A DNA stretch of 12,343 nt. It comes from a virus. Lineage: Duplodnaviria; Heunggongvirae; Uroviricota; Caudoviricetes. The stretch lies in the IMG/VR virus record IMGVR_UViG_2563366949_000005. One strand, given 5' to 3'. The notes beneath the pieces are model-generated. The model had not been told where the DNA came from and did not search any database. It was given only the letters and a program-made list of their open reading frames with translations. Positions 1 to 9,245 of the stretch are shown one piece after another. The translations under genes and the position numbers were made by a program. The first letter of the stretch is position 1. Each line of letters opens with the position of its first letter.

Positions 1-996
1 GCACAGGAGAAATCCCTGCTGGCGCATAAAGATGAGACGCTGGAGTACAAACGCCAGCTGGCTGCACTTGGCGACAAGGTTACGTATCAGGAGCGCCTGA
101 ACGCGCTGGCGCAGCAGGCGGATAAATTCGCACAGCAGCAACGGGCAAAACGGGCCGCCATTGATGCGAAAAGCCGGGGGCTGACTGACCGGCAGGCAGA
201 ACGGGAAGCCACGGAACAGCGCCTGAAGGAACAGTATGGCGATAATCCGCTGGCGCTGAATAACGTTATGTCAGAGCAGAAAAAGACCTGGGCGGCTGAA
301 GACCAGCTTCGCGGGAGCTGGATGGCAGGCCTGAAGTCCGGCTGGAGTGAGTGGGAAGAGAGCGCCACGGACAGTATGTCGCAGGTAAAAAGTGCAGCCA
401 CGCAGACCTTTGATGGTATTGCACAGAATATGGCGGCGATGCTGACCGGCAGTGAGCAGAACTGGCGCAGCTTCACCCGTTCCGTGCTGTCCATGATGAC
501 AGAAATTCTGCTTAAGCAGGCAATGGTGGGGATTGTCGGGAGTATCGGCAGCGCCATTGGCGGGGCTGTTGGTGGCGGCGCATCCGCGTCAGGCGGTACA
601 GCCATTCAGGCCGCTGCGGCGAAATTCCATTTTGCGACCGGAGGATTTACGGGAACCGGCGGCAAATATGAGCCAGCGGGGATTGTTCATCGTGGTGAAT
701 TTGTCTTCACGAAGGAGGCAACCAGCCGGATTGGTGTCGGCAACCTGTACCGCCTGATGCGGGGCTATGCGGAAGGTGGTTATGTGGGCGGTGCCGGAAG
801 TCCGGCGCAGATGCGGCGGGCTGAAGGCATTAATTTTAATCAGAACAATCACGTGGTGATTCAGAACGACGGTACGAATGGTCTGCCAGGTCCACAGATG
901 CTGAAGGCAGTGTATGACATGGCCCGCAAGGGTGCCCGTGATGAAATTCAGGCACAGATGCGCGATGGTGGTCTGTTCTCCGGAGGTGGACGATGA
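1..996 (+). CDS. H: Tail tape measure protein (lambda gpH-like), C-terminal portion; 5' end lies outside the window
   Basis: Frame 1 is open from nt 1 to the TGA at 994-996, so the 242-aa ORF in the track (268..996) is only the part after the first in-window Met. Translation is Q/A/R-rich at the start, then Gly-rich (GSIGSAIGGAVGGGASASGG). The stop overlaps the M start codon (ATGA), and the gene sits immediately upstream of M-L-K-I-J. Confidence 0.85.
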   Translation, partial: AQEKSLLAHKDETLEYKRQLAALGDKVTYQERLNALAQQADKFAQQQRAKRAAIDAKSRGLTDRQAEREATEQRLKEQYGDNPLALNNVMSEQKKTWAAEDQLRGSWMAGLKSGWSEWEESATDSMSQVKSAATQTFDGIAQNMAAMLTGSEQNWRSFTRSVLSMMTEILLKQAMVGIVGSIGSAIGGAVGGGASASGGTAIQAAAAKFHFATGGFTGTGGKYEPAGIVHRGEFVFTKEATSRIGVGNLYRLMRGYAEGGYVGGAGSPAQMRRAEGINFNQNNHVVIQNDGTNGLPGPQMLKAVYDMARKGARDEIQAQMRDGGLFSGGGR

Positions 997-1322
997 AGAC
1001 CTTCCGCTGGAAAGTGAAACCCGGTATGGATGTGGCTTCGGCCCCTTCCGTCAGGAAAGTGCGCTTTGGTGATGGCTATTCCCAGCGAGCGCCTGCCGGG
1101 CTGAATGCCGACCTGAAAACGTACAGCGTGACGCTTTCTGTTCCCCGTTGGGAGGCCACGGCGCTGGAGTCGTTTCTGGCTGAGCACGGGGGCTGGAAAG
1201 CCTTTCTGTGGACGCCGCCTTATGAGTGGCGGCAGATAAAGGTGACCTGCGCAAAATGGTCGTCGCGGGTCAGTATGCTGCGTGTTGAGTTCAGCGCAGA
1301 GTTTGAACAGGTGGTGAACTGA
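993..1322 (+). CDS. M: Tail tip protein M (lambda gpM-like), 109 aa
   Basis: ATG at 993 overlaps the H stop, and the TGA at 1320-1322 overlaps the L start. Length and sequence (MKTFRWKVKPGMDVAS...RVEFSAEFEQVVN) match my recollection of lambda gpM almost residue for residue. Confidence 0.9.
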   Translation: MKTFRWKVKPGMDVASAPSVRKVRFGDGYSQRAPAGLNADLKTYSVTLSVPRWEATALESFLAEHGGWKAFLWTPPYEWRQIKVTCAKWSSRVSMLRVEFSAEFEQVVN

Positions 1323-2020
1323 TGCAGAATATCCGGCAGGAAACGCTGAATGAATGCATTCGTGCGGAGCAGTCGGCCAGCGTGGTGCTCTGGGAAATCG
1401 ACCTGACCGAGGTAGGCGGGGATCGCTACTTTTTCTGCAATGAGCAGAACGAGAAAGGAGAGTCTGTCACCTGGCAGAGTCGGCAGTATCAGGCCTATCC
1501 CATTCAGGGGAGTGGATTTGAGATGAACGGCAAAGGTGCCAGTGCAAGGCCAACGCTGAAAGTCTCTAATCTGCACGGCATGGTCACCGGGATGGCGGAA
1601 GACCTGCAGAGTCTGGTCGGCGGAACGGTGGTCAGGCGTAAGGTTTACGCCCGTTTTCTGGATGCGGTGAACTTCGTCAACGGAAACAGCGACGCCGATC
1701 CGGAGCAGGAGGTGATCAGTCGCTGGCGCATCGAGCAGTGCAGCGAACTGAGCGCGGTCAGTGCCTCCTTTGTACTGTCCACGCCGACGGAAACGGACGG
1801 CGCTGTTTTTCCGGGACGTATCATGCTGGCCAACACCTGCACCTGGACCTATCGCGGCGATGAGTGCGGTTATAGCGGTCCGGCGGTCGCGGATGAATAT
1901 GATCAGCCGACGTCCGATATCACGAAGGATAAATGCAGCAAATGCCTGAGTGGCTGTAAGTTCCGCAATAACGTCGGCAACTTTGGCGGCTTCCTTTCCA
2001 TTAACAAACTTTCGCAGTAA
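1322..2020 (+). CDS. L: Tail tip protein L (lambda gpL-like), 232 aa, with C-terminal Cys cluster
   Basis: ATG at 1322 overlaps the M stop. The 232-aa length equals lambda gpL. The C-terminal region carries clustered cysteines (CTWTYRGDECGYSG...CSKCLSGC), consistent with the Fe-S cluster reported for gpL. Confidence 0.9.
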   Translation: MQNIRQETLNECIRAEQSASVVLWEIDLTEVGGDRYFFCNEQNEKGESVTWQSRQYQAYPIQGSGFEMNGKGASARPTLKVSNLHGMVTGMAEDLQSLVGGTVVRRKVYARFLDAVNFVNGNSDADPEQEVISRWRIEQCSELSAVSASFVLSTPTETDGAVFPGRIMLANTCTWTYRGDECGYSGPAVADEYDQPTSDITKDKCSKCLSGCKFRNNVGNFGGFLSINKLSQ

Positions 2021-2025
2021 ATCCC

Positions 2026-2769
2026 ATGACAGAGACAGAATCAGCGATTCTGGCGCACGCCCGGCGATGCGCGCCAGCGGAGTCGTGCGGCTTCGTGGTG
2101 AGAACGCCGGAGGGGGAAAGATATTTTCCCTGCGTGAATATCTCCGGTGAGCCGGAGGCGTATTTCCGTATGTCGCCGGAAGACTGGCTGCAGGCAGAAA
2201 TGCAGGGTGAGATTGTGGCGCTGGTCCACAGCCACCCCGGTGGTCTGCCCTGGCTGAGTGAGGCCGACAGGCGGCTGCAGGTGCAGAGTGATTTGCCGTG
2301 GTGGCTGGTCTGCCGGGGGACGATTCATAAGTTCCGCTGTGTGCCGCATCTCACCGGGCGGCGCTTTGAGCACGGGGTGACGGACTGTTACACGCTGTTC
2401 CGGGATGCTTATCATCTGGCGGGGATTGAGATGCCGGATTTTCATCGCGGGGATGACTGGTGGCGTCACGGTCAGAATCTCTATCTGGATAATCTGGAGG
2501 CCACAGGGCTGTATCAGGTGCCGTTGTCATCAGCACAACCGGGCGATGTGCTGCTGTGCTGTTTTGGTTCATCGGTGCCGAATCATGCCGCCATTTACTG
2601 CGGCGACGGTGAGCTGCTGCACCATATTCCTGAACAACTGAGTAAACGAGAGAGGTATACCGACAAATGGCAGCGACGCACACACTCCCTCTGGCGTCAC
2701 CGGGAATGGCACGCATCTGCCTTTACGGGGATTTGCAACGATTTGGCCGCCGCATCGACCTTCGTGTGA
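2026..2769 (+). CDS. K: Tail tip assembly protein K (lambda gpK-like); JAB/MPN metalloprotease-like N-domain plus NlpC/P60-like C-domain
   Basis: ORF of 247 aa from the ATG at 2026. A JAMM-type motif HSHPGGLPWLSEAD (H-x-H-x7-S-x2-D) is present with an upstream Glu in AESCGF; the C-half has Cys (VTDCYTLF) and His (PNHAAIY) typical of NlpC/P60. An alternative internal start at ATG 2170 would give 199 aa, the length I recall for annotated lambda K. Confidence 0.85.
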   Translation: MTETESAILAHARRCAPAESCGFVVRTPEGERYFPCVNISGEPEAYFRMSPEDWLQAEMQGEIVALVHSHPGGLPWLSEADRRLQVQSDLPWWLVCRGTIHKFRCVPHLTGRRFEHGVTDCYTLFRDAYHLAGIEMPDFHRGDDWWRHGQNLYLDNLEATGLYQVPLSSAQPGDVLLCCFGSSVPNHAAIYCGDGELLHHIPEQLSKRERYTDKWQRRTHSLWRHREWHASAFTGICNDLAAASTFV

Positions 2770-3338
2770 AAACGGGGGCTGAAGCCATCCGCGCACTGGC
2801 CACACAGCTCCCGGCGTTTCGTCAGAAACTGAGCGACGGCTGGTATCAGGTACGGATTGCCGGGCGGGATGTCAGCACGTCCGGATTAACGGCGCAGTTA
2901 CATGAGACTCTGCCTGATGGCGCTGTGATTCATATTGTTCCCAGAGTCGCCGGGGCCAAGTCAGGTGGTGTATTCCAGATTGTCCTGGGAGCAGCCGCCA
3001 TTGCCGGATCATTCTTTACCGCCGGAGCCACCCTTGCAGCATGGGGGGCAGCCATTGGGGCCGGTGGTATGACCGGCATCCTGTTTTCTCTCGGTGCCAG
3101 TATGGTGCTCGGTGGTGTGGCGCAGATGCTGGCACCGAAAGCCCGGACGCCCACAGCGACCAGCACGGATAACGGTAAGCAGAACACGTATTTCTCTTCA
3201 CTGGATAACATGGTTGCCCAGGGCAATGTTCTGCCTGTTCTGTACGGTGAAATGCGCGTGGGGTCACGCGTGGTTTCTCAGGAGATCAGCACGGCAGACG
3301 AAGGGGATGGTGGTCAGGTTGTGGTGATTGGTCGCTGA
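2667..3338 (+). CDS. I: Tail tip assembly protein I (lambda gpI-like), 223 aa
   Basis: ATG at 2667 lies inside the 3' end of K in a different frame. The 223-aa length equals lambda gpI. A hydrophobic Gly/Ala-rich central segment and position between K and J fit gpI. Confidence 0.85.
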   Translation: MAATHTLPLASPGMARICLYGDLQRFGRRIDLRVKTGAEAIRALATQLPAFRQKLSDGWYQVRIAGRDVSTSGLTAQLHETLPDGAVIHIVPRVAGAKSGGVFQIVLGAAAIAGSFFTAGATLAAWGAAIGAGGMTGILFSLGASMVLGGVAQMLAPKARTPTATSTDNGKQNTYFSSLDNMVAQGNVLPVLYGEMRVGSRVVSQEISTADEGDGGQVVVIGR

Positions 3339-3356
3339 TGCAAAATGTTTTATGTG

Positions 3357-3386
3357 AAACCGCCTCCGGGCGGTTTTGTCGTTTAT
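3357..3386 (+). terminator. Stem-loop in the I-J intergenic spacer (possible attenuator or RNA-stability element)
   Basis: Perfect 8-bp inverted repeat AAACCGCC / GGCGGTTT (3357-3364 and 3369-3376) with a 4-nt loop TCCG, followed by the T-rich TGTCGTTTAT. It lies 20 nt after the I stop and just upstream of the J ribosome-binding site. Confidence 0.3.
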
Positions 3387-3398
3387 GGAGCGTGAGGA

Positions 3399-6300
3399 AT
3401 GGGTAAAGGCAGCAGTAAGGGGCATACCCCGCGCGAAGCGAAGGACAACCTGAAGTCCACGCAGCTGCTGAGTGTGATCGATGCCATCAGTGAAGGGCCG
3501 ATTGAAGGTCCGGTGGATGGATTAAAAAGCGTGCTGCTGAACAGTACGCCGGTGCTGGACAGTGAGGGGAATACCAATATATCCGGCGTCACGGTGGTGT
3601 TCCGGGCAGGTGAGCAGGAGCAGACACCGCCGGAGGGGTTTGAATCCTCCGGCTCCGAGACGGTGCTGGGTACGGAAGTGAAATATGACACGCCGATCAC
3701 CCGGACCATCACGTCGGCAAACATCGACCGTCTGCGCTTTACCTTCGGTGTGCAGGCACTGGTGGAAACCACTTCAAAGGGGGACCGGAATCCGTCGGAA
3801 GTCCGCCTGCTGGTTCAGATACAGCGTAACGGTGGCTGGGTGACGGAAAAAGACATCACCATTAAGGGCAAAACCACCTCGCAGTATCTGGCCTCGGTGG
3901 TGGTGGATAACCTGCCTCCGCGCCCGTTCAATATCCGGATGCGCAGGATGACACCGGACAGCACTACAGACCAGCTGCAGAACAAAACGCTCTGGTCGTC
4001 ATACACCGAAATCATCGATGTGAAACAGTGCTACCCGAACACGGCACTGGTCGGCGTACAGGTGGACTCGGAGCAGTTCGGCAGCCAGCAGGTGAGCCGT
4101 AATTATCATCTTCGCGGGCGCATTCTGCAGGTTCCGTCGAACTATAACCCGCAGACGCGACAATACAGCGGTATCTGGGACGGAACGTTTAAGCCGGCAT
4201 ACAGCAACAACATGGCCTGGTGTCTGTGGGATATGCTGACCCACCCGCGCTACGGCATGGGGAAACGTCTTGATGCGGCGGATGTGGACAAATGGGCGCT
4301 GTATGTCATCGGCCAGAATTGCGACCAGTCGGTGCCGGACGGCTTTGGCGGCACGGAGCCGCGCATCACCTGTAACGCTTACCTGACCACACAACGTAAG
4401 GCGTGGGATGTGCTCAGTGATTTCTGCTCGGCGATGCGCTGTATGCCGGTATGGAACGGGCAGACGCTGACGTTCGTGCAGGACCGACCGTCGGATAAGG
4501 TGTGGACCTATAACCGCAGTAATGTGGTGATGCCGGATGATGGCGCGCCGTTCCGCTACAGCTTCAGCGCCCTGAAGGACCGCCATAATGCCGTTGAGGT
4601 GAACTGGATTGACCCGAATAACGGCTGGGAAACGGCAACAGAGCTTGTGGAGGACACGCAGGCCATTGCCCGTTACGGTCGTAACGTCACGAAGATGGAT
4701 GCCTTTGGCTGTACCAGCCGGGGGCAGGCACACCGCGCCGGGCTGTGGCTGATTAAAACGGAACTGCTGGAAACGCAGACCGTGGACTTCAGCGTGGGTG
4801 CAGAAGGGCTTCGCCATGTCCCGGGTGATGTCATTGAAATCTGTGATGATGACTATGCGGGCATCAGCATCGGCGGGCGCGTGCTGGCGGTGAACAGCCA
4901 GACGCGGACACTGACGCTCGACCGTGAAATCATGCTGCCATCCTCCGGTACCACGCTGATAAGCCTGGTTGACGGTCAGGGTAATCCGGTCAGCGTGGAG
5001 GTCCAGTCCGTCACCGACGGCGTGAAGGTGAAAGTGAGCCGTGTTCCTGACGGCGTTGCCGGATACAGCGTGTGGGGGCTGAAGTTGCCGACGTTGCGCC
5101 AGCGCCTGTTCCGCTGCGTGAGTATCCGTGAGAACGACGACGGCACGTATGCCATCACCGCCGTGCAGCATGTACCCGAAAAAGAAGCCATCGTGGATAA
5201 CGGGGCGCACTTTGACGGCGACCTGAGCAGCACGGTGAATGGCGTCACGCCGCCCGCGGTGCAGCACCTGACTGCCGAAGTCACCGCAGACAGCGGGGAA
5301 TATCAGGTGCTGGCGCGCTGGGACACGCCGAAGGTGGTGAAGGGGGGGAGCTTTATGCTTCGCCTGACCGTGGCAGCGGATGACGGCAGTGAGCGGCTGG
5401 TCAGCACGGCCAGGACGACGGAAACCACATACCGCTTCAGGCAACTGGCGCTGGGGAACTACAAGCTGACAGTCCGGGCGGTAAATGCGTGGGGGCAGCA
5501 GGGGGATCCGGCGTCAGTATCGTTCCGGATTGCCGCACCGGCAGCGCCATTGCGGATTGAGCTGACGCCGGGCTATTTTCAGATAACCGCCACGCCGCAT
5601 CTTGCCGTTTATGACCCGACGGTACAGTTTGAGTTCTGGTTCTCGGAAAAGCGGATTACCGATATCAGGCAGGTTGAAACCACAGCCCGCTATCTTGGTA
5701 CGGCGCTGTACTGGATAGCCGCCAGTATCAATATCAAACCGGGCCATGATTATTACTTTTATATCCGCAGTGTGAACACCGTTGGCAAATCGGCATTCGT
5801 GGAGGGCGTCGGTCGGGCGAGCGATGATGCGGAAGGTTACCTGGATTTTTTCAAAGGCAAGATAACCGAATCCCATCTCGGTAAAGAGCTGCTGGAAAAA
5901 GTTGATTTGACGGAGGATAACGCCAGCAGACTGGATGAGTTTTCGAAAGAGTGGAAGGACGCTAACGATAAATGGAATGCCATGTGGGGCGTCAAAATTG
6001 AGCAGACCAAAGACGGCAAACATTATGTCGCGGGTATTGGCCTCAGCATGGAGGACACGGAGGAAGGCAAGCTGAGCCAGTTTCTGGTTGCCGCTAACCG
6101 TATCGCGTTTATTGACCCGGCAAACGGGAATGAAACGCCGATGTTTGTGGCGCAGGGCAACCAGATATTCATGAACGACGTGTTCCTGAAGCGCCTGACA
6201 GCCCCCACCATTACCAGCGGTGGCAGTCCTCCGGTATTTTCCCTGACATCAGACGGAAAGCTGACCGCTAAAAATGCGGATATCAGTGGTAGTGTGAATG

Positions 6301-6812
6301 CGAACTCCGGGACGCTCAATAATGTCACGGTAAATGAAAACTGTACGATTAAGGGCATGCTGGAGGCGAACCAGGTCAGAGGTGACTTCGTTAAAACTGT
6401 ATCCAAATCATTCCCGAAAAAGGCTGGTACGTGGGGTAACACGGAAACACCAAACGGGACGGTTACAGTCACCATTTACGATGATCATAACTTTGACCGC
6501 CAAATCATTATTCCGCCCATTATTTTTAACGGTGTGGCGTATGACGATCCGGGGAGCGGTAATAACCCGGGAGGTACGCGATACACGGGTTATGGTTTTG
6601 AAGTTCGCAAAAATGGCGTATTAATCGCATCCAGAGAAACTAAAGGAGCCATTCCCGGTAGTTACAGTGCGGTTATTGATATGCCGAGTGGTGGTGGTAA
6701 CGTCACTCTGGAGTTTAAGATTTTCCAGAAAGGCAATCAGGGCGCAGGTAACATCACAGACTGTACGGTGATTGTGACCAAAAAAGCTGCTTCCGGTATC
6801 AGTATCCGTTGA
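3399..6812 (+). CDS. J: Host specificity / tip attachment protein J (central tail fibre), 1137 aa
   Basis: Very long ORF with a GAGGAA Shine-Dalgarno 5-6 nt upstream of ATG 3399. Size is close to lambda gpJ (about 1132 aa) and it follows I in canonical order. The large antisense ORF 3999..5444 is a GC-content artefact. Confidence 0.95.
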   Translation: MGKGSSKGHTPREAKDNLKSTQLLSVIDAISEGPIEGPVDGLKSVLLNSTPVLDSEGNTNISGVTVVFRAGEQEQTPPEGFESSGSETVLGTEVKYDTPITRTITSANIDRLRFTFGVQALVETTSKGDRNPSEVRLLVQIQRNGGWVTEKDITIKGKTTSQYLASVVVDNLPPRPFNIRMRRMTPDSTTDQLQNKTLWSSYTEIIDVKQCYPNTALVGVQVDSEQFGSQQVSRNYHLRGRILQVPSNYNPQTRQYSGIWDGTFKPAYSNNMAWCLWDMLTHPRYGMGKRLDAADVDKWALYVIGQNCDQSVPDGFGGTEPRITCNAYLTTQRKAWDVLSDFCSAMRCMPVWNGQTLTFVQDRPSDKVWTYNRSNVVMPDDGAPFRYSFSALKDRHNAVEVNWIDPNNGWETATELVEDTQAIARYGRNVTKMDAFGCTSRGQAHRAGLWLIKTELLETQTVDFSVGAEGLRHVPGDVIEICDDDYAGISIGGRVLAVNSQTRTLTLDREIMLPSSGTTLISLVDGQGNPVSVEVQSVTDGVKVKVSRVPDGVAGYSVWGLKLPTLRQRLFRCVSIRENDDGTYAITAVQHVPEKEAIVDNGAHFDGDLSSTVNGVTPPAVQHLTAEVTADSGEYQVLARWDTPKVVKGGSFMLRLTVAADDGSERLVSTARTTETTYRFRQLALGNYKLTVRAVNAWGQQGDPASVSFRIAAPAAPLRIELTPGYFQITATPHLAVYDPTVQFEFWFSEKRITDIRQVETTARYLGTALYWIAASINIKPGHDYYFYIRSVNTVGKSAFVEGVGRASDDAEGYLDFFKGKITESHLGKELLEKVDLTEDNASRLDEFSKEWKDANDKWNAMWGVKIEQTKDGKHYVAGIGLSMEDTEEGKLSQFLVAANRIAFIDPANGNETPMFVAQGNQIFMNDVFLKRLTAPTITSGGSPPVFSLTSDGKLTAKNADISGSVNANSGTLNNVTVNENCTIKGMLEANQVRGDFVKTVSKSFPKKAGTWGNTETPNGTVTVTIYDDHNFDRQIIIPPIIFNGVAYDDPGSGNNPGGTRYTGYGFEVRKNGVLIASRETKGAIPGSYSAVIDMPSGGGNVTLEFKIFQKGNQGAGNITDCTVIVTKKAASGISIR

Positions 6813-6832
6813 AATATTTATAACCCCAATAC

Positions 6833-6860
6833 GGGTGCCAGAAATGGCGCCTTTTTTATT
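6833..6860 (+). terminator. Putative rho-independent terminator downstream of J
   Basis: A 6-bp stem GGTGCC / GGCGCC (one G-U pair) with loop AGAAAT is followed by TTTTTTATTT. It sits between the J stop (6812) and the stf ribosome-binding site. Confidence 0.45.
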
Positions 6861-6872
6861 TGTGGAGTGAGT

Positions 6873-9245
6873 ATGGCAGTACAGATTTCAGGTGTGCTGA
6901 AAGACGGCACAGGAAAACCGGTACAGAACTGCACAATCCAGCTGAAAGCAAAACGTAACAGTACCACGGTACTGGTGAACACGGTGGCCTCTGAAAATCC
7001 GGATGAAGCCGGGCGTTACAGCATGGATGTTGAGTATGGCCAGTACAGCGTTATCCTGCTTGTTGAAGGTTTTCCGCCTTCACATGCCGGAACCATTACC
7101 GTCTATGAAGGTTCCAGACCAGGTACGCTGAATGATTTTCTCGGTGCCATGACGGAAGATGATGTCATGCCGGAGGCATTGCGTCGTTTTGAGGAAATGG
7201 TGGAAGAAGCGGCACGCAACGCTGAAGCCGCCTCTCAGAGCGCAGCGGCGGCAAAGAAATCCGAAACTGCAGCGGCATCATCGAAGAACGCGGCGAAAAC
7301 CTCAGAAACGAATGCAGCTAACAGCGCACAGGCGGCAGCGGCCTCGCAGACTGCATCGGCAAACTCCGCAACAGCAGCTAAAAAATCAGAAACCAACGCG
7401 AAAAATAGCGAGACAGCCGCAAAGACGAGCGAAACCAACGCAAAGTCCAGCCAGACGGCAGCGAAGACCAGCGAAACGAATGCTAAAGCCAGTGAAACTG
7501 CAGCAAAAAACAGCCAGGTTGCAGCAGCCCAAAGCGAGAGCGCGGCAGCCGGTTCTGCGACTTCAGCAGCTGGATCAGCAACTGCTGCGGCTAACAGCCA
7601 GAAAGCTGCGAAGACGAGTGAAACTAACGCAAAGTCCAGCCAGACGGCAGCGAAGACCAGCGAAACGAATGCCAAAGCCAGTGAAACTGCGGCGAAAAGC
7701 AGTCAGGATGCAGCGGCCCAAAGCGAGAGTGCCGCAGCCAGTTCTGCAAGCGCGGCGGCTGCTTCTGCTACTGCATCAGCTAACAGTCAAAAAGCAGCAA
7801 AAACCAGTGAAACCAACGCAAAGGTGAGCGAAACAGCGGCTGCGAACTCAGCGAAAGCATCGGCAGCAAGCCAGACGGCAGCTAAAGCAAGCGAAGATGC
7901 AGCCAGAGAGTACGCAAGCCAGGCTGCGGAGCCGTATAAATATGTCTTACAGCCGCTGCCTGATGTGTGGATACCATTTAACGATTCGCTGGATATGATT
8001 ACGGGCTTTTCGCCATCATATAAAAAAATTGTTATTGGTGACGATGAAATAACGATGCCTGGCGACAAGATTGTTAAGTTTAAACGTGCATCGAAAGCAA
8101 CCTATATTAACAAATCTGGTGTGCTGACAGAGGCTGCCATTGACGAGCCACGATTTGAACGTGATGGCCTGCTTATTGAGGGGCAAAGAACAAACTACAT
8201 GCTCAATTCGGAAAGCCCTGCCAGTTGGGGGCGATCGTCAAATATGGATGTGCCCGAAACAGGGACGGATAATTTTGGTTTTACCTATGGAAAGTTTGTC
8301 TGCAACGATTCTCTGATTGGGCAAACCTCAGCCATTAATATGGCATCAATTGCTGCAACAAAGTCAGTTGATGTCTCAGGCGATAATAAACACGTGACAA
8401 CCTCATGTCGTTTTAAAACAGAACTGCAGGTAAGGTTGCGTATCCGGTTTGATAAATATGACGGTAGCGCAACAACTTTTCTTGGTGATGCGTATATTGA
8501 TACACAAACGCTTGAAATTAATATGACAGGCGGTGCTGCCTCAAGAATTACAGCGAGAGTCAGAAAGGACGAAGCTACCGGATGGATTTTTGCAGAGGCA
8601 ACAATTCAGGCAATTGATGGGGAGTTAAAAATAGGCTCTCAGATACAGTATTCTCCTAAGCAGAGCGGGGCAACCGTATCTGGTGACTATATTTATCTGG
8701 CCACCCCACAAGTAGAAGATGGGCCTTGTGTATCATCTTTTATTATATCAGGAGCGACGGCGGCGACCCGCGCAAGCGATATAGTTACAGTTCCAATTAA
8801 GAATAATCTTTATAATCTTCCTTTTACGGTTCTTTGTGAGGTACATAAGAACTGGTATAAAACGCCAAATGCAGCGCCACGTGTTTTTGATACCGGCGGT
8901 CATCAAACCGGAGCGGCTATTATTCTTGGCTTCGGTCGTTCAACAGATTACGACGGATTTCCTTATTGCGATATTGGAGGAGCTAACAGACGGGTAAACG
9001 AAAACGCATCGCTTGAAAAAATGGTTATGGGGATGCGTGTAAAGTCAGAGCAGTCTACGTGCTCAGTAAGTAACGGGCATATATCCAGCGAAACAAAAAC
9101 CACATGGTCCTGTATTCAGAACACCGCAATTATCCGTATTGGAGGCCAGACTACAGCCGGGTTACGTCATTTATTTGGTCATGTCAGGAATTTCAGAATA
9201 TGGCACAAGGCATTGACTGATGCTCAGGTGGGGGAGTCAATCTAA
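6873..9245 (+). CDS. stf: Side tail fibre protein (Stf-like): conserved N-terminal anchor, Ala/Ser/Thr-rich repeat shaft, divergent AT-rich C-terminal domain
   Basis: N-terminus MAVQISGVLKDGTGKPVQNCTIQLKA...GFPPSHAGTITVYEGS matches the conserved N-terminal domain of lambdoid Stf proteins as I recall it. The ORF track starts at GTG 6867, but ATG 6873 with GGAG 5 nt upstream is the more likely start. The central part has 63-aa tandem repeats (AAKTSETNAKSSQTAAK...). The C-terminal part, about 440 aa, is encoded by visibly AT-richer DNA. Confidence 0.85.
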   Translation: MAVQISGVLKDGTGKPVQNCTIQLKAKRNSTTVLVNTVASENPDEAGRYSMDVEYGQYSVILLVEGFPPSHAGTITVYEGSRPGTLNDFLGAMTEDDVMPEALRRFEEMVEEAARNAEAASQSAAAAKKSETAAASSKNAAKTSETNAANSAQAAAASQTASANSATAAKKSETNAKNSETAAKTSETNAKSSQTAAKTSETNAKASETAAKNSQVAAAQSESAAAGSATSAAGSATAAANSQKAAKTSETNAKSSQTAAKTSETNAKASETAAKSSQDAAAQSESAAASSASAAAASATASANSQKAAKTSETNAKVSETAAANSAKASAASQTAAKASEDAAREYASQAAEPYKYVLQPLPDVWIPFNDSLDMITGFSPSYKKIVIGDDEITMPGDKIVKFKRASKATYINKSGVLTEAAIDEPRFERDGLLIEGQRTNYMLNSESPASWGRSSNMDVPETGTDNFGFTYGKFVCNDSLIGQTSAINMASIAATKSVDVSGDNKHVTTSCRFKTELQVRLRIRFDKYDGSATTFLGDAYIDTQTLEINMTGGAASRITARVRKDEATGWIFAEATIQAIDGELKIGSQIQYSPKQSGATVSGDYIYLATPQVEDGPCVSSFIISGATAATRASDIVTVPIKNNLYNLPFTVLCEVHKNWYKTPNAAPRVFDTGGHQTGAAIILGFGRSTDYDGFPYCDIGGANRRVNENASLEKMVMGMRVKSEQSTCSVSNGHISSETKTTWSCIQNTAIIRIGGQTTAGLRHLFGHVRNFRIWHKALTDAQVGESI
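7422..7800 (+). repeat. Tandem direct repeat of about 189 bp (two near-identical copies, partial third) inside stf
   Basis: Copy 1 begins aagacgagcgaaaccaacgcaaagtccagccagacggcagcgaagaccagcgaaacgaatgc at about 7422. Copy 2 begins aagacgagtgaaactaacgcaaagtccagccagacggcagcgaagaccagcgaaacgaatgc at about 7611. The period is 189 bp (63 codons) and the protein repeats are TNAKSSQTAAKTSETNAKASETAAK. Confidence 0.75.

Noticed and set aside
87-605. 172-aa minus-strand ORF
   Set aside because: Antisense to the tape-measure reading frame, which is open through the whole region. Pro/Ala-rich translation is typical of antisense GC-rich coding DNA.
2041-2716. Minus-strand ORFs 2041..2469 and 2351..2716 overlapping K
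   Set aside because: Antisense to K, no motifs; K and I account for the region.
3999-5444. 481-aa minus-strand ORF inside J
   Set aside because: Lies entirely within the J reading frame on the opposite strand. Arg/His/Ala-rich composition with no ribosome-binding site; a GC-content artefact.
6813-6872. Possible missing lom-type gene between J and stf
   Set aside because: Only 60 bp separate J and stf, with a terminator-like hairpin and the stf ribosome-binding site. There is no room for a gene, so the absence is real rather than a missed call.
7159-7827. 222-aa + strand ORF (highly basic, RRQRR-rich) and 146-aa minus-strand ORF (7235..7675) in the stf repeat region
   Set aside because: Both are alternative-frame readings of the GCN-rich Ala/Ser/Thr repeat, where stop codons are rare by composition. 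stf is the coherent frame.
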